Shown: one piece after another, positions 26,516 through 40,449 of the stretch
Numbering within the stretch: the stretch's first letter is position 1
Layout of the letters: the number at the start of each line of letters is the position of its first letter
Source: Chrysomallon squamiferum
Taxonomy: Eukaryota > Animalia > Mollusca
DNA length: 64,000 nucleotides
Direction: 5' to 3'
NCBI GenBank assembly: GCA_012295275.1
Contig: CM022673.1
Coordinates: 12,710,001 to 12,774,000 of the forward strand
The notes under the pieces: model-generated
Seen by the model: the letters and a program-made list of their open reading frames with translations, nothing else
Databases searched by the model: none
What the model was told of the DNA's origin: nothing
Position numbers and translations under genes: made by a program

Positions 26516-26742
26516 AATGAAAAAATAAAATAAAATAAAATAAAATAAAACAAAATAAAATATATAATTAAATAAATAAATAAATAAATAAATACATCAA
26601 ATCAAATCAAATGTAACATTTTATCAATGAAAATTAAAGAATTATTTTTTAAATTAACTTTTCCATTATCTCAAGATTTAAAAACTATTAGACTACATGT
26701 CACTAATGAAGTCAAAACAATATGGATTTTTGTTTTTCTGTT

Positions 26743-26774
<32 letters not shown>

Positions 26775-27509
26775 CTAACATCTCTGATTCAAACAAAGTT
26801 AACAACTGGCAAATCAATACAAAGTCATCATGACATCAGTTTTAAAAATAACATCGATATATTTTAATAAAAACAGTCATCCTTTCAAAGATGCAGATGT
26901 ATAAAATAATAACTGTCTGCTTTTAATCCACAGACTATTTTTAATATCCACAAAGACAGTAATAAATAACTCTTAGTTATTTATAGACTGTTTATAAGAA
27001 CAACAACAATAACAACAAAAAATGAGGTAAACATTTTTAACTTTGACATACTGGGTTGGACAAATAGTTCAGAGCATTTTTCAGTAGGTGGCATTTGAGC
27101 ATGTGATTTTATTTCATGTCACATATATAGATATTCTAGAACAATACAGCATATATATATATATAGCTGGATAAATCTGTGCAGAAAATCACAAATACTG
27201 TCTTTGAATTTCACTTAAAAAACATTATGAACTTTTGTTTCAATGCAATACATCAAAGAACTAAAGCAAACACAACAAGGATATTATACATATTAATATT
27301 TGTTCTTTCTCCATAGTGAATCTAGTCTAAATATCATTAATAATTATTAAATCTCAGTGCAGTCATCATCAAACACCTCACCAAACATATTTTTTTAAAA
27401 CTTGTCAAAACACAAATACGTAATTTATTACTCAGTCTTTGATGATCTTTTTCTTCAATGAAGACACATTGTTGTTGTTATGACAGTCAGTTGATTAATC
27501 TCACCGCTA

Positions 27510-27745
27510 AACTTTGGTTAAGTCTTTGTCTTAACAACTGGCAGGTTCAGGGATCATGTCCCAGTAACAGCTTTCACCGAGATGTAATTCTGATGATGTA
27601 ATGGTTAAGCTGTTTAACTGAGACTGCTAGGTCCTTGGCTCATGTCCTAATATTACTCCCTACCAAGAAGTGCCATAACATCATCTCTCATCCTTAACCA
27701 TCTAACATACTAACACAATCTTGAGCATACAACACAAGATCCTGG
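27510..27745 (+). mobile_element. Degenerate tRNA-derived SINE-like remnant with two head-like segments
   Basis: TGGTTAAG...CTG(G/C)(C/T)AGGT-C...CATGTCC occurs twice (~27514 and ~27602) and resembles eroded A-box/B-box heads. Identity is inference. Confidence 0.4.
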
Positions 27746-28608
27746 AATATTTGCTAATGACATTTTTGAATAAGCAATCTACCCTCTTGATTTTTGTGCT
27801 CAAAATAGATGTGTTTGAATTTTATAAATCAGCCATGAGTGAATGTTTTGTTTTGTCATTGAAAGTCATGCCTTCAGTCTTTAATTAGATGTAAACATGA
27901 TAGAAGTGGCTGATGGATTATAAAGTTTTCACCCACAACAACCAAATTTACTGATTTAAACTATGTGACAAATGATTGATTCGTGAACATACCTTGGAAT
28001 ACATCAACATATAACAAATTACTAGAACACTGGATGATAAAACTTCATGAATATGTGTGCTTGAAACTTCAAAGATCTAACAACATAACACACTGCAGCT
28101 AACTGACTGAACAATTAGTCAAGCTAATGTCAGATTTCTCTTCAAAAATCAATCACACTAAAGTTAATTTGTCTGATTAACAACGGACAATAGTGACTCA
28201 GCAATTACAGAAATCACTAGTGAATTAAATATTTTACACTTGTTCAGAGAAAATTTACTGCAGTGTTATTAATCTCCTGGTCTTTTGTGTTTGATGGTTA
28301 AAAAAATAATAATAATAATAAAAAAGGGCTTGATCGTTAATCAAAGAAAGTAAGTAGTATTTGAGTGAAGGTCAAGGACACAGGAAGTTGGATTAGATTG
28401 AAAGGCAGAAGAGTTACAAAGGGAAATAGCTGACATTAACAAAATATATATTTTTTTTAATTTTAGATTGTTTAAAAATATTTATTTATTAGATATAATA
28501 TTATGTATAATAATGTATGTATATGAGATCTGTAATATGTCAGAATGCATTTTCAGGATTAAATTAACTTAAAATGTGAAAACCTGCATATTAACCTAAT
28601 CTTAGTGT

Positions 28609-28694
<86 letters not shown>

Positions 28695-29574
28695 CACAAA
28701 CACATTCTCACTTTCATACATATATACACTTGTACTTAAAATTTGTAAACGAATATTTAACATAAACAGTCAATTCAATTTTTTTTTTTTTAAATATGAA
28801 ATTTAAATAGACATTTTATGTTTGCTTATTGACTACAAATATTTATGCAACACTCTAGTTGCTGCATGTAATAAATTATGAAAACTTAAATATTCATATC
28901 AGTGACTGCAGCCTTGGTTCATGTTGTTAATTGTTTCTGTTTTATTTCAGAGTGTGTATAATTTAAACTCTTTTAAAAGTAAAGCAAATCAATAACTTTT
29001 ATAAAAAACAGAAATAACATTTTAAAAATAAATTAAAATTAGAGTTAGGTAGGTATAAAGTATTTATTTTTAATTTCTAACTTTCATTTATATTTTATTG
29101 TTTTTTATTTTAAATTGGTGTTTTTTTTTTAATTTATTTATTTATTTATATTTTGGGGTTGTTTTTCTTTTCTTCTTTAATTTTGTTCTTTATTTCTGTG
29201 TATTTTTTTGTTTATTTATTTATTTTTTTTTTTTTATTTATTTATTCCTTTCATTATTTTTTTCTCTTTCATTCTTTCTTCATTTATTTCTTTATCTTTA
29301 ATTTGTTTATTTTGAAAGATTTACACCCTCAATTATCAAAAAACTTCTTAATTTTTTTTATTTTATTTATTTTTTTATATTTACGAAAATTACTTTTCAG
29401 ATGTACTAATTTATTTATTTGAAGCAATTTGCTCCTTTCAGTCAGTTTGTACTGTTTTTCCCATTCTACCAAGTTTCTGATTTCTGAGAGAAAAAGTTAC
29501 AATTCTAACCTAATCTGTACTTTTGAATTTTAATTTTGACCAGTTATTACCTTTCCACCAAAAACTCTGAAGAT

Positions 29575-30065
29575 TTTTTGATCATTTGATCCATGACATC
29601 CATTCTCTAATTACTGGCAAACATTTGATGCAAGGTATCCAATAATTAATTTATATTAAACACCTGATCTAATGATATATACTAATGAATTGCTAATGAA
29701 CATATGATCCAAGGTATCCCCTTAAATAATTATTATTGAACATTTGATCCTCTAAATAACAATTATTAAATGTTTCATTTATAATATCCACTAAATAATT
29801 ATTATTCAATGCTTGATCCATGGTATCCACTAAATAATAATTATTAAATGTTTCATTTATAATATTCACTAAATAATAATTATTAAACAGTTGATCCATG
29901 ACATCTGCTAAATATCTATTGTTGAATATTTCTTCACAGATATTCAGTAAATAATTATTTTTGAACATTTAATCCATTATACCCTTTCTCAGATTACTGT
30001 CACTCATCTGATCCAGGACATGTACAAAAATAATTAGTGTTAAACACTTTATCCATGACATTTGT
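29575..30065. repeat. Degenerate ~42-bp tandem repeat (AACATTTGATCCATGACATCCACTAAATAATTATT)
   Basis: Recurrent TGATCCA and CACTAAATAAT motifs; 14-aa periodicity in the ORF at 29693-29968. Confidence 0.75.
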
Positions 30066-30096
30066 TAATTTATCAGTTTGCTGAATTGTTTTAAAA

Positions 30097-30175
30097 AATT
30101 AAACTGACTAAAACTCATTTACAATTAAACTGACTAAAACTCATTTACAATTAAATTGACAAAAACTCATTTACT
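30097..30175. repeat. 26-bp tandem repeat, 3 copies (AATTAAACTGACTAAAACTCATTTAC)
   Basis: Direct repeats visible. Confidence 0.9.
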
Positions 30176-31673
30176 GACTAGATGGGCTGCAACCTGCAAT
30201 ACTCAATTTAAAAAAAAAATACCAAAGACATTTTTTTTTTGTATGATTGTTGTAAATGAGTTACCTTGGTTACACTACTGTGATGAAATGAAGAGATGAG
30301 GAAAACTGATGAAAATGATTCCTAGAATACAAATAATTTTTTTTCAGAAAGTTCATTTGTAAATTTTTACATAATCTCAGAATTTTATATATATTGTGTT
30401 TTATTTCTAGAAAAAAAGAACTTTCTATCTTTTTATAAAATTTAGGCTTTTACATTCTTTTTTTTTTTTATTTTTTTTTTTTTTTTTTTTTTTTTAATTA
30501 TTAATTTTATTATCATTATTTTTTTAAAAGAAACTTTTTCAAAATATTTAGTGGTACTGTACATAGTTATGTAAATTAGGAATTTTCAAAAATATTGATT
30601 TCTAGAATATTCTCAGAATGCTTACATATATTATTGATTATAAAATAATTCATGAATTTTAAAAAAACAATTCTTTGTATTTTAAATAAATTTATATTCA
30701 ATAAAAAGTAAATCAAATTCATGAAATTTTAAAAATTATTAACTTTTAGAAACTAATATGCATTTTTTAACCTAACTGATAATTTCTTTAAACTCATTTA
30801 TGAATCTTGAGAAACTGATGCCTATCATGATTTTCAAAAATATTACATCAGCTTTAAATACAACTTACTAACAAACAATGAATTTTTTAATTTGTTAATC
30901 ATTTAATTTTTATAACTAATAGATGTATATACATATATACATATATACACACACACACACACACATACACACATATATATACAAATATACAAATACATAC
31001 ATACATACATACATAAAAATTCTTACAATTAAACTTAATTCGTGAATTTTTAAACCAATTTTCCAGTACTCTATAACTTCATAAAAAAAGCTTAGAAACA
31101 ACATCAATAAAATCTTCATAAAAATATTGATTACCCAGCCATGAAACAAAAATAATAAATGATCCAACATATTATGTTGTACAATTAACTGCAGGAGGGT
31201 TTGGCCTGGCCCAGTGGTTAGAGTAGTAGCTGTTTTAATGACAGAACACTTAAAACATTTCAGTGTCCATTGAACAGTGTATGTGTAAATATGTTTGTGT
31301 GTGTATAATGTATGTGTATATGTGTATGAATACTCAGAATGTGTGTTTATATGAATGTAATGTATGTATGTATGTATATGAAGTAACTGTCATGTGTGCA
31401 TGTTTAATGTGTGTAATGTAACTGTCATTGTGTGCATGTTTATTGACATCTCTGTCAATCAATCAATCAATCAATCTGTCTATCGTGTCTATGTATATGC
31501 ATATCTGAATGTGTGTGTCTCCATCAATCTATCTATCTTTCTCTGTCTGTTTCTCTAATTATTTATATATCTGTCCATTTGTTTGTTTGTTTGTTTGTCT
31601 ATTTTTCTCTCCCCCTTTCTTTATTTACATTCACTTAGATATTTCACATACATATATATATATAAAGGTGTGT

Positions 31674-31718
<45 letters not shown>

Positions 31719-32123
31719 TTATCTTTGTGTAGGTATGACTGTGTGTATGTATGTATTTACCTCTGTCTGTAATGTTCCTGATTACTGATGCATATTTAAA
31801 AGACTTAATAATGATTGTGTGTATGTTTTACCATCATTGTTCTCTAAAGAAGGTGTTTCAAGGTTATTAAGCATACACATAGATTTTGATGCATATATCC
31901 ATGCATACACACACAAACACTGATTTTGTACCTAAAAAAACACACATACTCACAGACACTAACACATGTAAATATTCACACACAAACATTCAAACATATA
32001 CCCAAACACTCAACTGTTCAGAAATACCCAAACATAATAACAAGAAAACCAACAACAAGAAGAAATATTTTCGATAAATATATATATATATTAAACTTTG
32101 TGTATGTATCTAGAAACATAGGC

Positions 32124-32197
<74 letters not shown>

Positions 32198-32381
32198 GAA
32201 GATATTCTGTTACTATTACATTAGTCTCTTTCTTACACAAAAATACAATTCCACCAACAAAATAAAATGATCAAATAACACAACCACCGTTACACCACAC
32301 AGCAAACCAAGATACTTTTAAAATACTGACACAACAGACGAAAACAACTGAAAAACGCAGCCTAGGAAGCCAAATACTTAC

Positions 32382-32392
32382 ATGTGTACCAT
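32382..32392 (-). CDS. TP53I11: Candidate alternative first coding exon: MVH(M)-KHSS
   Basis: ATAATGG start context; CAT|GTAAGT donor; 11 nt = phase 2; within CpG-rich patch ~32290-32570. Confidence 0.5.
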
Positions 32393-32708
32393 TATGCATC
32401 TTCAAACAAACTCATTTACAGATTTATCAGGTGTGAAATTCCTGCACTTACTCCCGCGACTAACATTCGAATATTACAGAACGCCATATGTTAGAGAGAA
32501 AACAGAATCCTTAGATGAATGAAGACAAATTAATAGCTTTGTGCTGGCCACAAAAAAAACAACAACGAAGATTTAGCAACTGGATATGGAAAAACAACAA
32601 GAGACAAGAAACACACACTGGTAATTCTTGTTGTTATTGTGAATGGAGACATAAAATATGAAGGCTTGTTATTGTGGCTGTTTTGTTGAAATCTTCTATT
32701 TTTTTTTT

Positions 32709-32744
<36 letters not shown>

Positions 32745-32892
32745 GATGATCAATAGTTTTCCCAGTGAAATAACAAAGCAGGATAATCTCAGAAGAAATA
32801 TTTAGGTTGTGGTTCTTTTGTTTTCTCTTCTTATTTTTAGATCTGAATTAAGAAACTGTTCTGATGAAGAATCTGTCTAAAAATGTGAGATC

Positions 32893-33070
32893 TGTACCAA
32901 TGTTCACAGTACCTCACTATAAAATGTTCACAGTATCTTACTATAGAGTGTACCAATGTTCACAGTATCTTACTATAGAGTGTACCAATGTTCACAGTAT
33001 GTCACTATAGAGTGTACCAATGTTCACAGTATCTTACTATAGAGTGTACCAATGTTCACGGTATCACTAT
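32893..33070. repeat. 32-bp minisatellite (TGTACCAATGTTCACAGTATCTTACTATAGAG), ~5 copies, followed by an eroded related array at ~33340-34060
   Basis: Units at 32949, 32981, 33013, 33045. Confidence 0.92.
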
Positions 33071-36000
33071 AACAATAAACTGTTTACTCCTTGCTTATAT
33101 TTCCAATCAGAGCAACAGTTCACATTATTATACTATACATTTCAACTTCCTTGTAACAGCTACTTGTGTTTCAGATCACAACAGTATCAACACCAGCCTG
33201 TATTACAGGATACAGATTTGTTTGCTTTTACAATATGTTTGACATTTGAAATGTTGATCAGCTCTGTAATACTGCTGTCAGTTTGTATTTTAAGTTACAC
33301 TGAAGTGAGTGTACAAGTTTTTATAATATCTCACTCCAGATTGTACCAGTTTTCATAGTATCTCTATATAAAGTGTACTAGTTTTTACAATATTTCAATT
33401 TTCACAGAATCTCTGATATATCTGATATATCTCTCTTATAGAATTGCATTAAAGGGTTTACCAATGTGTAAACATTTTCACACAGTCAAGTTTATAATTT
33501 TTCATAGTGTATCAATATTGTGTGTTACTGCAGTGTTCCAATCTTCATAGTTTCTCAGTTTTATATGATTAATTTTTGGAGTATCTTATGGTAGGTGTAT
33601 CAGTTTTCATAGTATCATATCATAATGTATCTAATCTTCATGGTATCATACTGCAGTTGTGTCAAATTTCACAGTAACATACCATAGATGGATTAATTTT
33701 CATAGTATCATATCAGATATGCATTAGTACCAATTTCCACAGTGTCATATTAGAGTATATCAATCTTCATAGCAGTTGTATCTATTAACATAGTTGCTCA
33801 CTTCCAGATATATCAATCTTTGTAGTATTGCACAATAGTTGTATATCAATTATCATTTCATTTGTATTAATTCTGTTGGTTTTCGTACCACAGTTGTATA
33901 AAATTTCACAGTATTAATCTTCATAATATCACACAATGGTTGTATCAAGCCCTCTAAGTATAATACCAAATTGTATCACTGTTTCTAGTAAGTCACAACT
34001 CACAGTTCACAGTATGACACAGTATCTCTCCACAGTTGTATCTATGTTTGTAATATCACTTCTGGTGAAAGTGTAGGTAATGAAGATTAGAAAAAAAAAT
34101 CTAACACAGAGAAGATTAAACTGTTACAGAAAATACAGCTTATTGATTTTACTTCACCACTCCTAGCTTCAAGTGGGTTTCTCAGCTGAGTGGGGGGGGG
34201 GAGTTGAAGAAGATGTAACTGCAGGAAATGCTGTTGTACCACAGAATTACCCAGTGTTGATTTCAATTTGTAACGTTTTGTTTGTTGTAGAAATTACTTA
34301 CGTCTCTAAAGGCTAATACACACATAACAGTTTTATGGATCTTAATGTCTCAGTTTGTAGTTTTTGTTTGTTTTATCAGAATCTTAAATTTCCACTTTTT
34401 GATATTGTTGGTTTTATAAGAAATTTGTATTTCAAAATGTTAATAAATATTGTTTTCCCAAATAGTTCAGCTTTGATATATTGCTTACTTACTTTTTTAA
34501 ATGCCAATATTCAGTACAATGTTAAACCTGATTGTTTGTCAAGTTATCAGGGTTTTTTTGGTGGTTTTTTGTTTTGTTATGTTTTTTTCCAGTTTTTTTT
34601 TTTCACGTGTTAAATAAACTATTTATCTTCTTAAACAGCGATACATCAACATCATTCATCTATTTCATATTTGTTGCATCAAATTGTAACATGTCCAAGC
34701 AGTAACACATAACAAATGATGTCAGTAGATTGTATTTCAAGCTAAACTCTCTGCTTACTTAGTTTGCCACTTACTTACATTTCCAACCAGTGCACATTAT
34801 TATACAGCTACTTGTGTTTCAAATCTTAAATCACAATGATATTAACACCAGTTACTATAAAATGTAGTCTTCCATTGCCATCTATTTATCATCTAGAGAC
34901 TGACGATATAACAATACTGAAACCAGTGATGTTACAACTTCTGTTGTATCTTGTTTTATCATCTGCTTATGGTCCAAAACGTAGATAAACTCCTTAATAT
35001 TATGACCAGTTTGTATTAAAAGTTACACTTTTTCTTGTTTTGTCACCTGTTCATGATCCATATGTAGATAACAGGCACAATATTAGAAACAGTGACACAA
35101 CAGTTTTGTCCTGTATTATGATCCACTTCCACTTATTATGATTCCAGATATCAAACCACACCACAATGATACATACAGCTCATATTGAAAAATGACACTT
35201 ATCTAATTTCTGAACTGGTAGAAATAGAACCTTCCAGTTTGGTAACAAGATGTAAATATTTCAGCTGCTGTGTCCAAACAGAGACAAGAAGTCTTCAAAA
35301 CACTGGAAACAGGACACAGCTGCATAAATCACATACAATCAGTAATGTCATTCAACTTCTGAAGATATAGGGAGTTTCTTTTTTCTTTCTTTTTTTTTGT
35401 AGTCACTGGTGTAAAATCAAACACATGCCAAAATGAAAAATCTGAATGAAAATCTGAAATTAAACTCTTTATCAGTAACCAGTGTCTTTAATCTGTTTTG
35501 GAAAATCCATCCATCAGAGTGATCATTCACCAAAATCAGCATTCCCCACCCATAAAAAAGAAAAAAGGGTTAACAATTCCTGAATCGCAGATGTTAATGA
35601 GGAATATTGCCTCATGTATGTAAATGAAAAGATTTCCATTCATACAAGTTAACAAGATCACAAAGAAAAGTCATATCAGAGAAAACCATCGATCAAGTTT
35701 TATAAATGTGGAGTGTGTAGCCTCGGCTGATCAATCAATATTTTCCCTTCTTACTCCTCGTTTCATCGATTTGTTATAGTTCCCAAAATTGTGTGTGCAT
35801 GTTAGTTTCCCTCTTACAAAACTTCATGTAGTAAAAACCACGAATTCAGGAGTGGCTGTTAATATGTATGCAAAGTATTTCCATGCAAAGTAGAATGCAT
35901 GTGCATAAAACATGTGTGTTAGTGAGTGTGCAGAGATGTTTACTCATGCATCATGTGTCCACAACATAATTTGTGCGCACACATTAAGACATGCACATCA

Positions 36001-37098
36001 CGAAACAATTTGTGTTTGCACATTGACACAGCTTGCAAAAAACACACACACACACACACACCAATACACTTTTTATTTGTTTACTTTCTTAAATAATATA
36101 TGAGCAGACATGACTACTAAATCTCCATTAAGTACTGTCTGTCTGTCTGTATGTCTGTGTCTGTCAGTGTGTCTGTAGCAGTGTTTGTATGTTACACTCA
36201 CTATGTGGTAATGTTAGGTAGAAAATAGAGAAATGTTGAAGTAAGACATTTCGTAACACTGAAGTAGAAAAGTATGTTAAAAGAATCTAACATTCTAAGC
36301 AGGATGTAAAATGTTTTAAGTAGAACTCATCATGTGCCTGGTTTATGAAGTAGAACATATTTTGTGTTTTTTCACAGAATGCTATGTATAAAGTTGAACA
36401 AATGACATGTTTTTTCTAGAACATGATGTATAAAGTGGAACATTTGATGTGTTTTTTGTAGAATATAATGAACATATGATGTGTCAAGCTGAACACATTT
36501 TACTGTTATTTTTTACTGTGTTTTAAACAGAACAAATGACAAATTAAGAAGAACGCTATGTGTTACACAGAACATATTTTGTGTTATTTAGAATGTGAAA
36601 CTGTAAGTGGAACATATATAATATTTAAAAATAAATTTATTGATTTCTAGAATACAAAACATTTCTCAGAATGTAATTTAGGAATTCTTTAAAATTTAAT
36701 TGTCATTTCAACATTATTAAGTAACTTAGAAATTACTTAAACTGTATCTAGTAATTTCTAAAATACAAAATATTTCTCAGAATGTTTAGATGTACTACTG
36801 ATTTATCAACAACTGATTAATTTTAAAAAACATTAACTAGAACATGTGTTAAATAGAAACCTTGTTGAAATCTTTGAGGTTACTAGAAATGTAGGCATAT
36901 ACACTTACACAAATGCATATTCACATAATACATTGTATTATATATATATATATATATATACGTGTAAGGATATACATTTACATACATACTGAACACATAA
37001 ACACACACACACACACACATACATACTCACATACAGGTACACTTTCACATATACACACTACATTTCTCTCTTTCTCTCTCCCCATCTCTCTGTCTATT

Positions 37099-37218
<120 letters not shown>

Positions 37219-38114
37219 GTTAGTCTTTTTTTTTTTTTAGTTCCTTACTATTCATCTTCTTACAGACAGGATGTGTTGTATTCTTTGATGTGTTCTCATG
37301 AATACAAGCTGGAATGGGAAATGTATTCTGAGGATCCAATGAGAGGAACTGATCCTATAATCAATCATTCCTCAGGCAAAAACTCTAACCTCTTTATTAA
37401 CAAAATTGTTATTACAGATTTCCATTCTGTTATTCTTTAAAGACAATAATCTCTGGTTGTTTTTTCAAAACACAGTGGAGAATGTAATCTACATTGTGTT
37501 GTTTTTCATTATGTACAAGATCTGCAGCTATCTCATTTTTTTTTTTCAATCATCATTAAAACAACAAAGAGCAGGAACACATGAAAGGAAACAAGCCTTC
37601 AATCAAAGCAAATTGATCCTTTTTTATTGATTAGATAATAGGATACAATGAACTTTTCAATACAAATAAGAGAGACATGGACAGAGAGAGAGAGAGAGTC
37701 AGACAGACAGAGGAACAGAGACAGAGAGAGAGAGAGAGAGAGAAATGACAGACAGATAAAGAGATATAAAGAAAGAGAAAGACAGACAGAGAGACAGACA
37801 GAGAGAGAGAAAAAGAGATGGAGAAAGAGAGAAAAATAATAAAGAAAGAGATAGAAAGAGAAAGTAACAGTGAAAATAAAAGGAGAGAAGGAATGAAAGG
37901 GAGAGATACACACATTATAGATTCAAACAAATGCTTGAAGACAAACTCAGTTTATTAAAATGAAACATTAATTTTTGTAATGATAAAAGTTGACATAAAA
38001 ACATTTGGTTATTTTTTAAATATTCACTTAGAAAATAGCATCATAACAAACACCAATACACATACACACAGAAGCAGACAAAAATGCAAATAAATATGCA
38101 TGCAACACAAACAG

Positions 38115-38450
38115 CACACAAAAGTTCACTAAAACAAATAAAAACAAGTCACTCTACATAATGATAGTTCATTAATTCTTTAAACTAACAGTAACGTTTT
38201 CAACCAGAAGAAAAAGATGAAAAAAACATAAATAAATAAAAAGACAAAGTTATTTTTGAAAGACAGGAGTCAGTTTTAACTTTATCAGAGAGAACTGATA
38301 CTTTGTTGTTGTTTTATTTTACATATTTATCTCAGTTTCTTTTATCGTTTTCTTCTGGTTGAAAAGGTTACTGTTAGTTATGTGAAATTTAATGAAATAA
38401 TGAAGTATCTTTATGTAGAGATAATTTATAAATGTAAGATAACTTTGTGT
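38115..38450. repeat. Long imperfect inverted repeat (foldback, MITE-like)
   Basis: 38183-38214 is the reverse complement of 38348-38379 (31/32 match); outer arms CTCTACATA/TATGTAGAG and ACACAAAAGTT/AACTTTGTGT extend the pairing. Confidence 0.85.
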
Positions 38451-38698
38451 ACATTCTTCTAGCCAATGAACCTTTTAACACCTTACACCTATCTTTGTTT
38501 GTGTGTGTGTGTGTGTGTGTCTGGAGAGAGAGTCTAAACTCTTCCTTATGGCCATCCCTTTATGATGTCAACTTGCTATTTCAACCACCTTGCTATTCAC
38601 CACTAATTCATTTTATTATGTTTTAACATTTTACAACAATCACTTATCTATTACATATATCATGTATTTTCAGTGGTCATTATAGACAGTTATGTATA

Positions 38699-38739
<41 letters not shown>

Positions 38740-38786
38740 AAATAAATATGTATGTATGTATATATGTCTGTATGTGTGTGTATGTA

Positions 38787-38823
<37 letters not shown>

Positions 38824-40334
38824 ATGTATATATATATATTATATTATATAAGGACATATTAAAAGCACAATGCGGCAGATCAAATGATCAGCTATATAAT
38901 AGTTCACACCATAATTCTCCACATAATGTAAATGTCTGGCCACTTTGGTGCCAGTAGCATCATAAGTCTAAAAATGGCTGACTCAAACTTATACAACAAT
39001 ACTTTATTGTCCACTCAAAACTCAGAACTGATACTCAAACTAATAACACTGTCTTGTTCTTTCTAAGTTCCAGAGGTTTTTAAAAGTCTCTGAGTGTAAC
39101 GTAAAAGTATAACTGTGGCTGGCAAAGCCTTGTAAGAAATCCATACCAAAGTTATTTTTCTGAATGAGTGAATTATGTGACTGCAGCTAACAAAACAGTC
39201 CATTGTTTGAAAATAAACAAAAAGAATTTGGTTTCATATCTCAACTTGTTGGTGATCAATAAAAAAAAAAAAAAAAAAAGCTTTTCTTGATGAAAATAGA
39301 TTTTGGGAGTAGACAAAATGGCTACTCAGACGGTATTCAGAAGCATCAAATTTTGTGTTTGGTTTTAAATTAATTTTTTTTATTATTGATGTCTGAGAAA
39401 ATTAAAAATAAAGATGTGGGCTGACTGATTTGGTGAAGAAGTGGAGATATCAAGTAGTTTTTTATTGTCCATTTTTATTTTTATTTTACTATCAATGTTC
39501 AATGTTTTATGTTCAATGATTTTTTTTTTTTTCAGTCTAACAATTTTCTTATAATTATTTTTTAACTATTAGTCTTAGACTTTATAAAATATTTTCTTAA
39601 ACTATGAGTCAAAGAATTGTTTTTATAATTTTTTTTAAACTCAGTCTAATTTTATTTTATTTATTTATTTATTTTTTATTTTTTTCAACAATAAGAATTT
39701 ACCACTTTTTAACTATCAGTGTTTAACTGTTTTTTAATTACAATTAAAGAATTTTTTTATCATCTTTTAAACTATAATAAACCTAAGAATTTTTTTTTAT
39801 CAGTTCTTTTTAATTATAAAGTCTAAGAATGTACTGATTTCTTTAACTATCAGTTTAACAATATTTCTTAATTTTTTTTTAAAACTCAATTTAACCAAAA
39901 AGTTTCCCTTTTTTAACTATCAGTATTAGAATTTTTTTAACATTTTATTTTTACAGTCTAAGAATTTTTATATCTGAACTATAAGTTTATGAATTTTCAT
40001 TTCATTATCTTTATTATTATTATTATTATGAGTCTTTCTTCTTTTAATCATAAAATCATCCATTAAAAAAAGCTGGACACACATGATACATTACTGTCTG
40101 ATCAAAATATGTTAGTGTTAGTATGTTAGATGTTGTTAAATAAAAATATAGCTAACATCACCCCATGTCATAGTGGTGTTCCCAAGATTTGATCTCAGAA
40201 TCTGGCAATGTTAGATGACTGCTTTATCAAACACTGTGGTATATGTTTTCCTGTTTAGGGGAAAGTACATATAAAACATTTCTTACTGCTGATCAGTAAC
40301 AGTAATCAATAAAATGGCTGCAGTATGTTCCTTT

Positions 40335-40449
<115 letters not shown>

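Noticed and set aside
29693-29968. 91-aa ORF with 14-aa periodicity
   Set aside because: Explained by a ~42-bp tandem repeat; no splice signals linking it to the gene and no recognisable domain.
34765-34800. ATG..AA|GTAAGT phase-2 unit (MCTGWKCK)
   Set aside because: Lies in a dispersed repeat also present at ~33090-33200 and has no CpG patch; within chance expectation.
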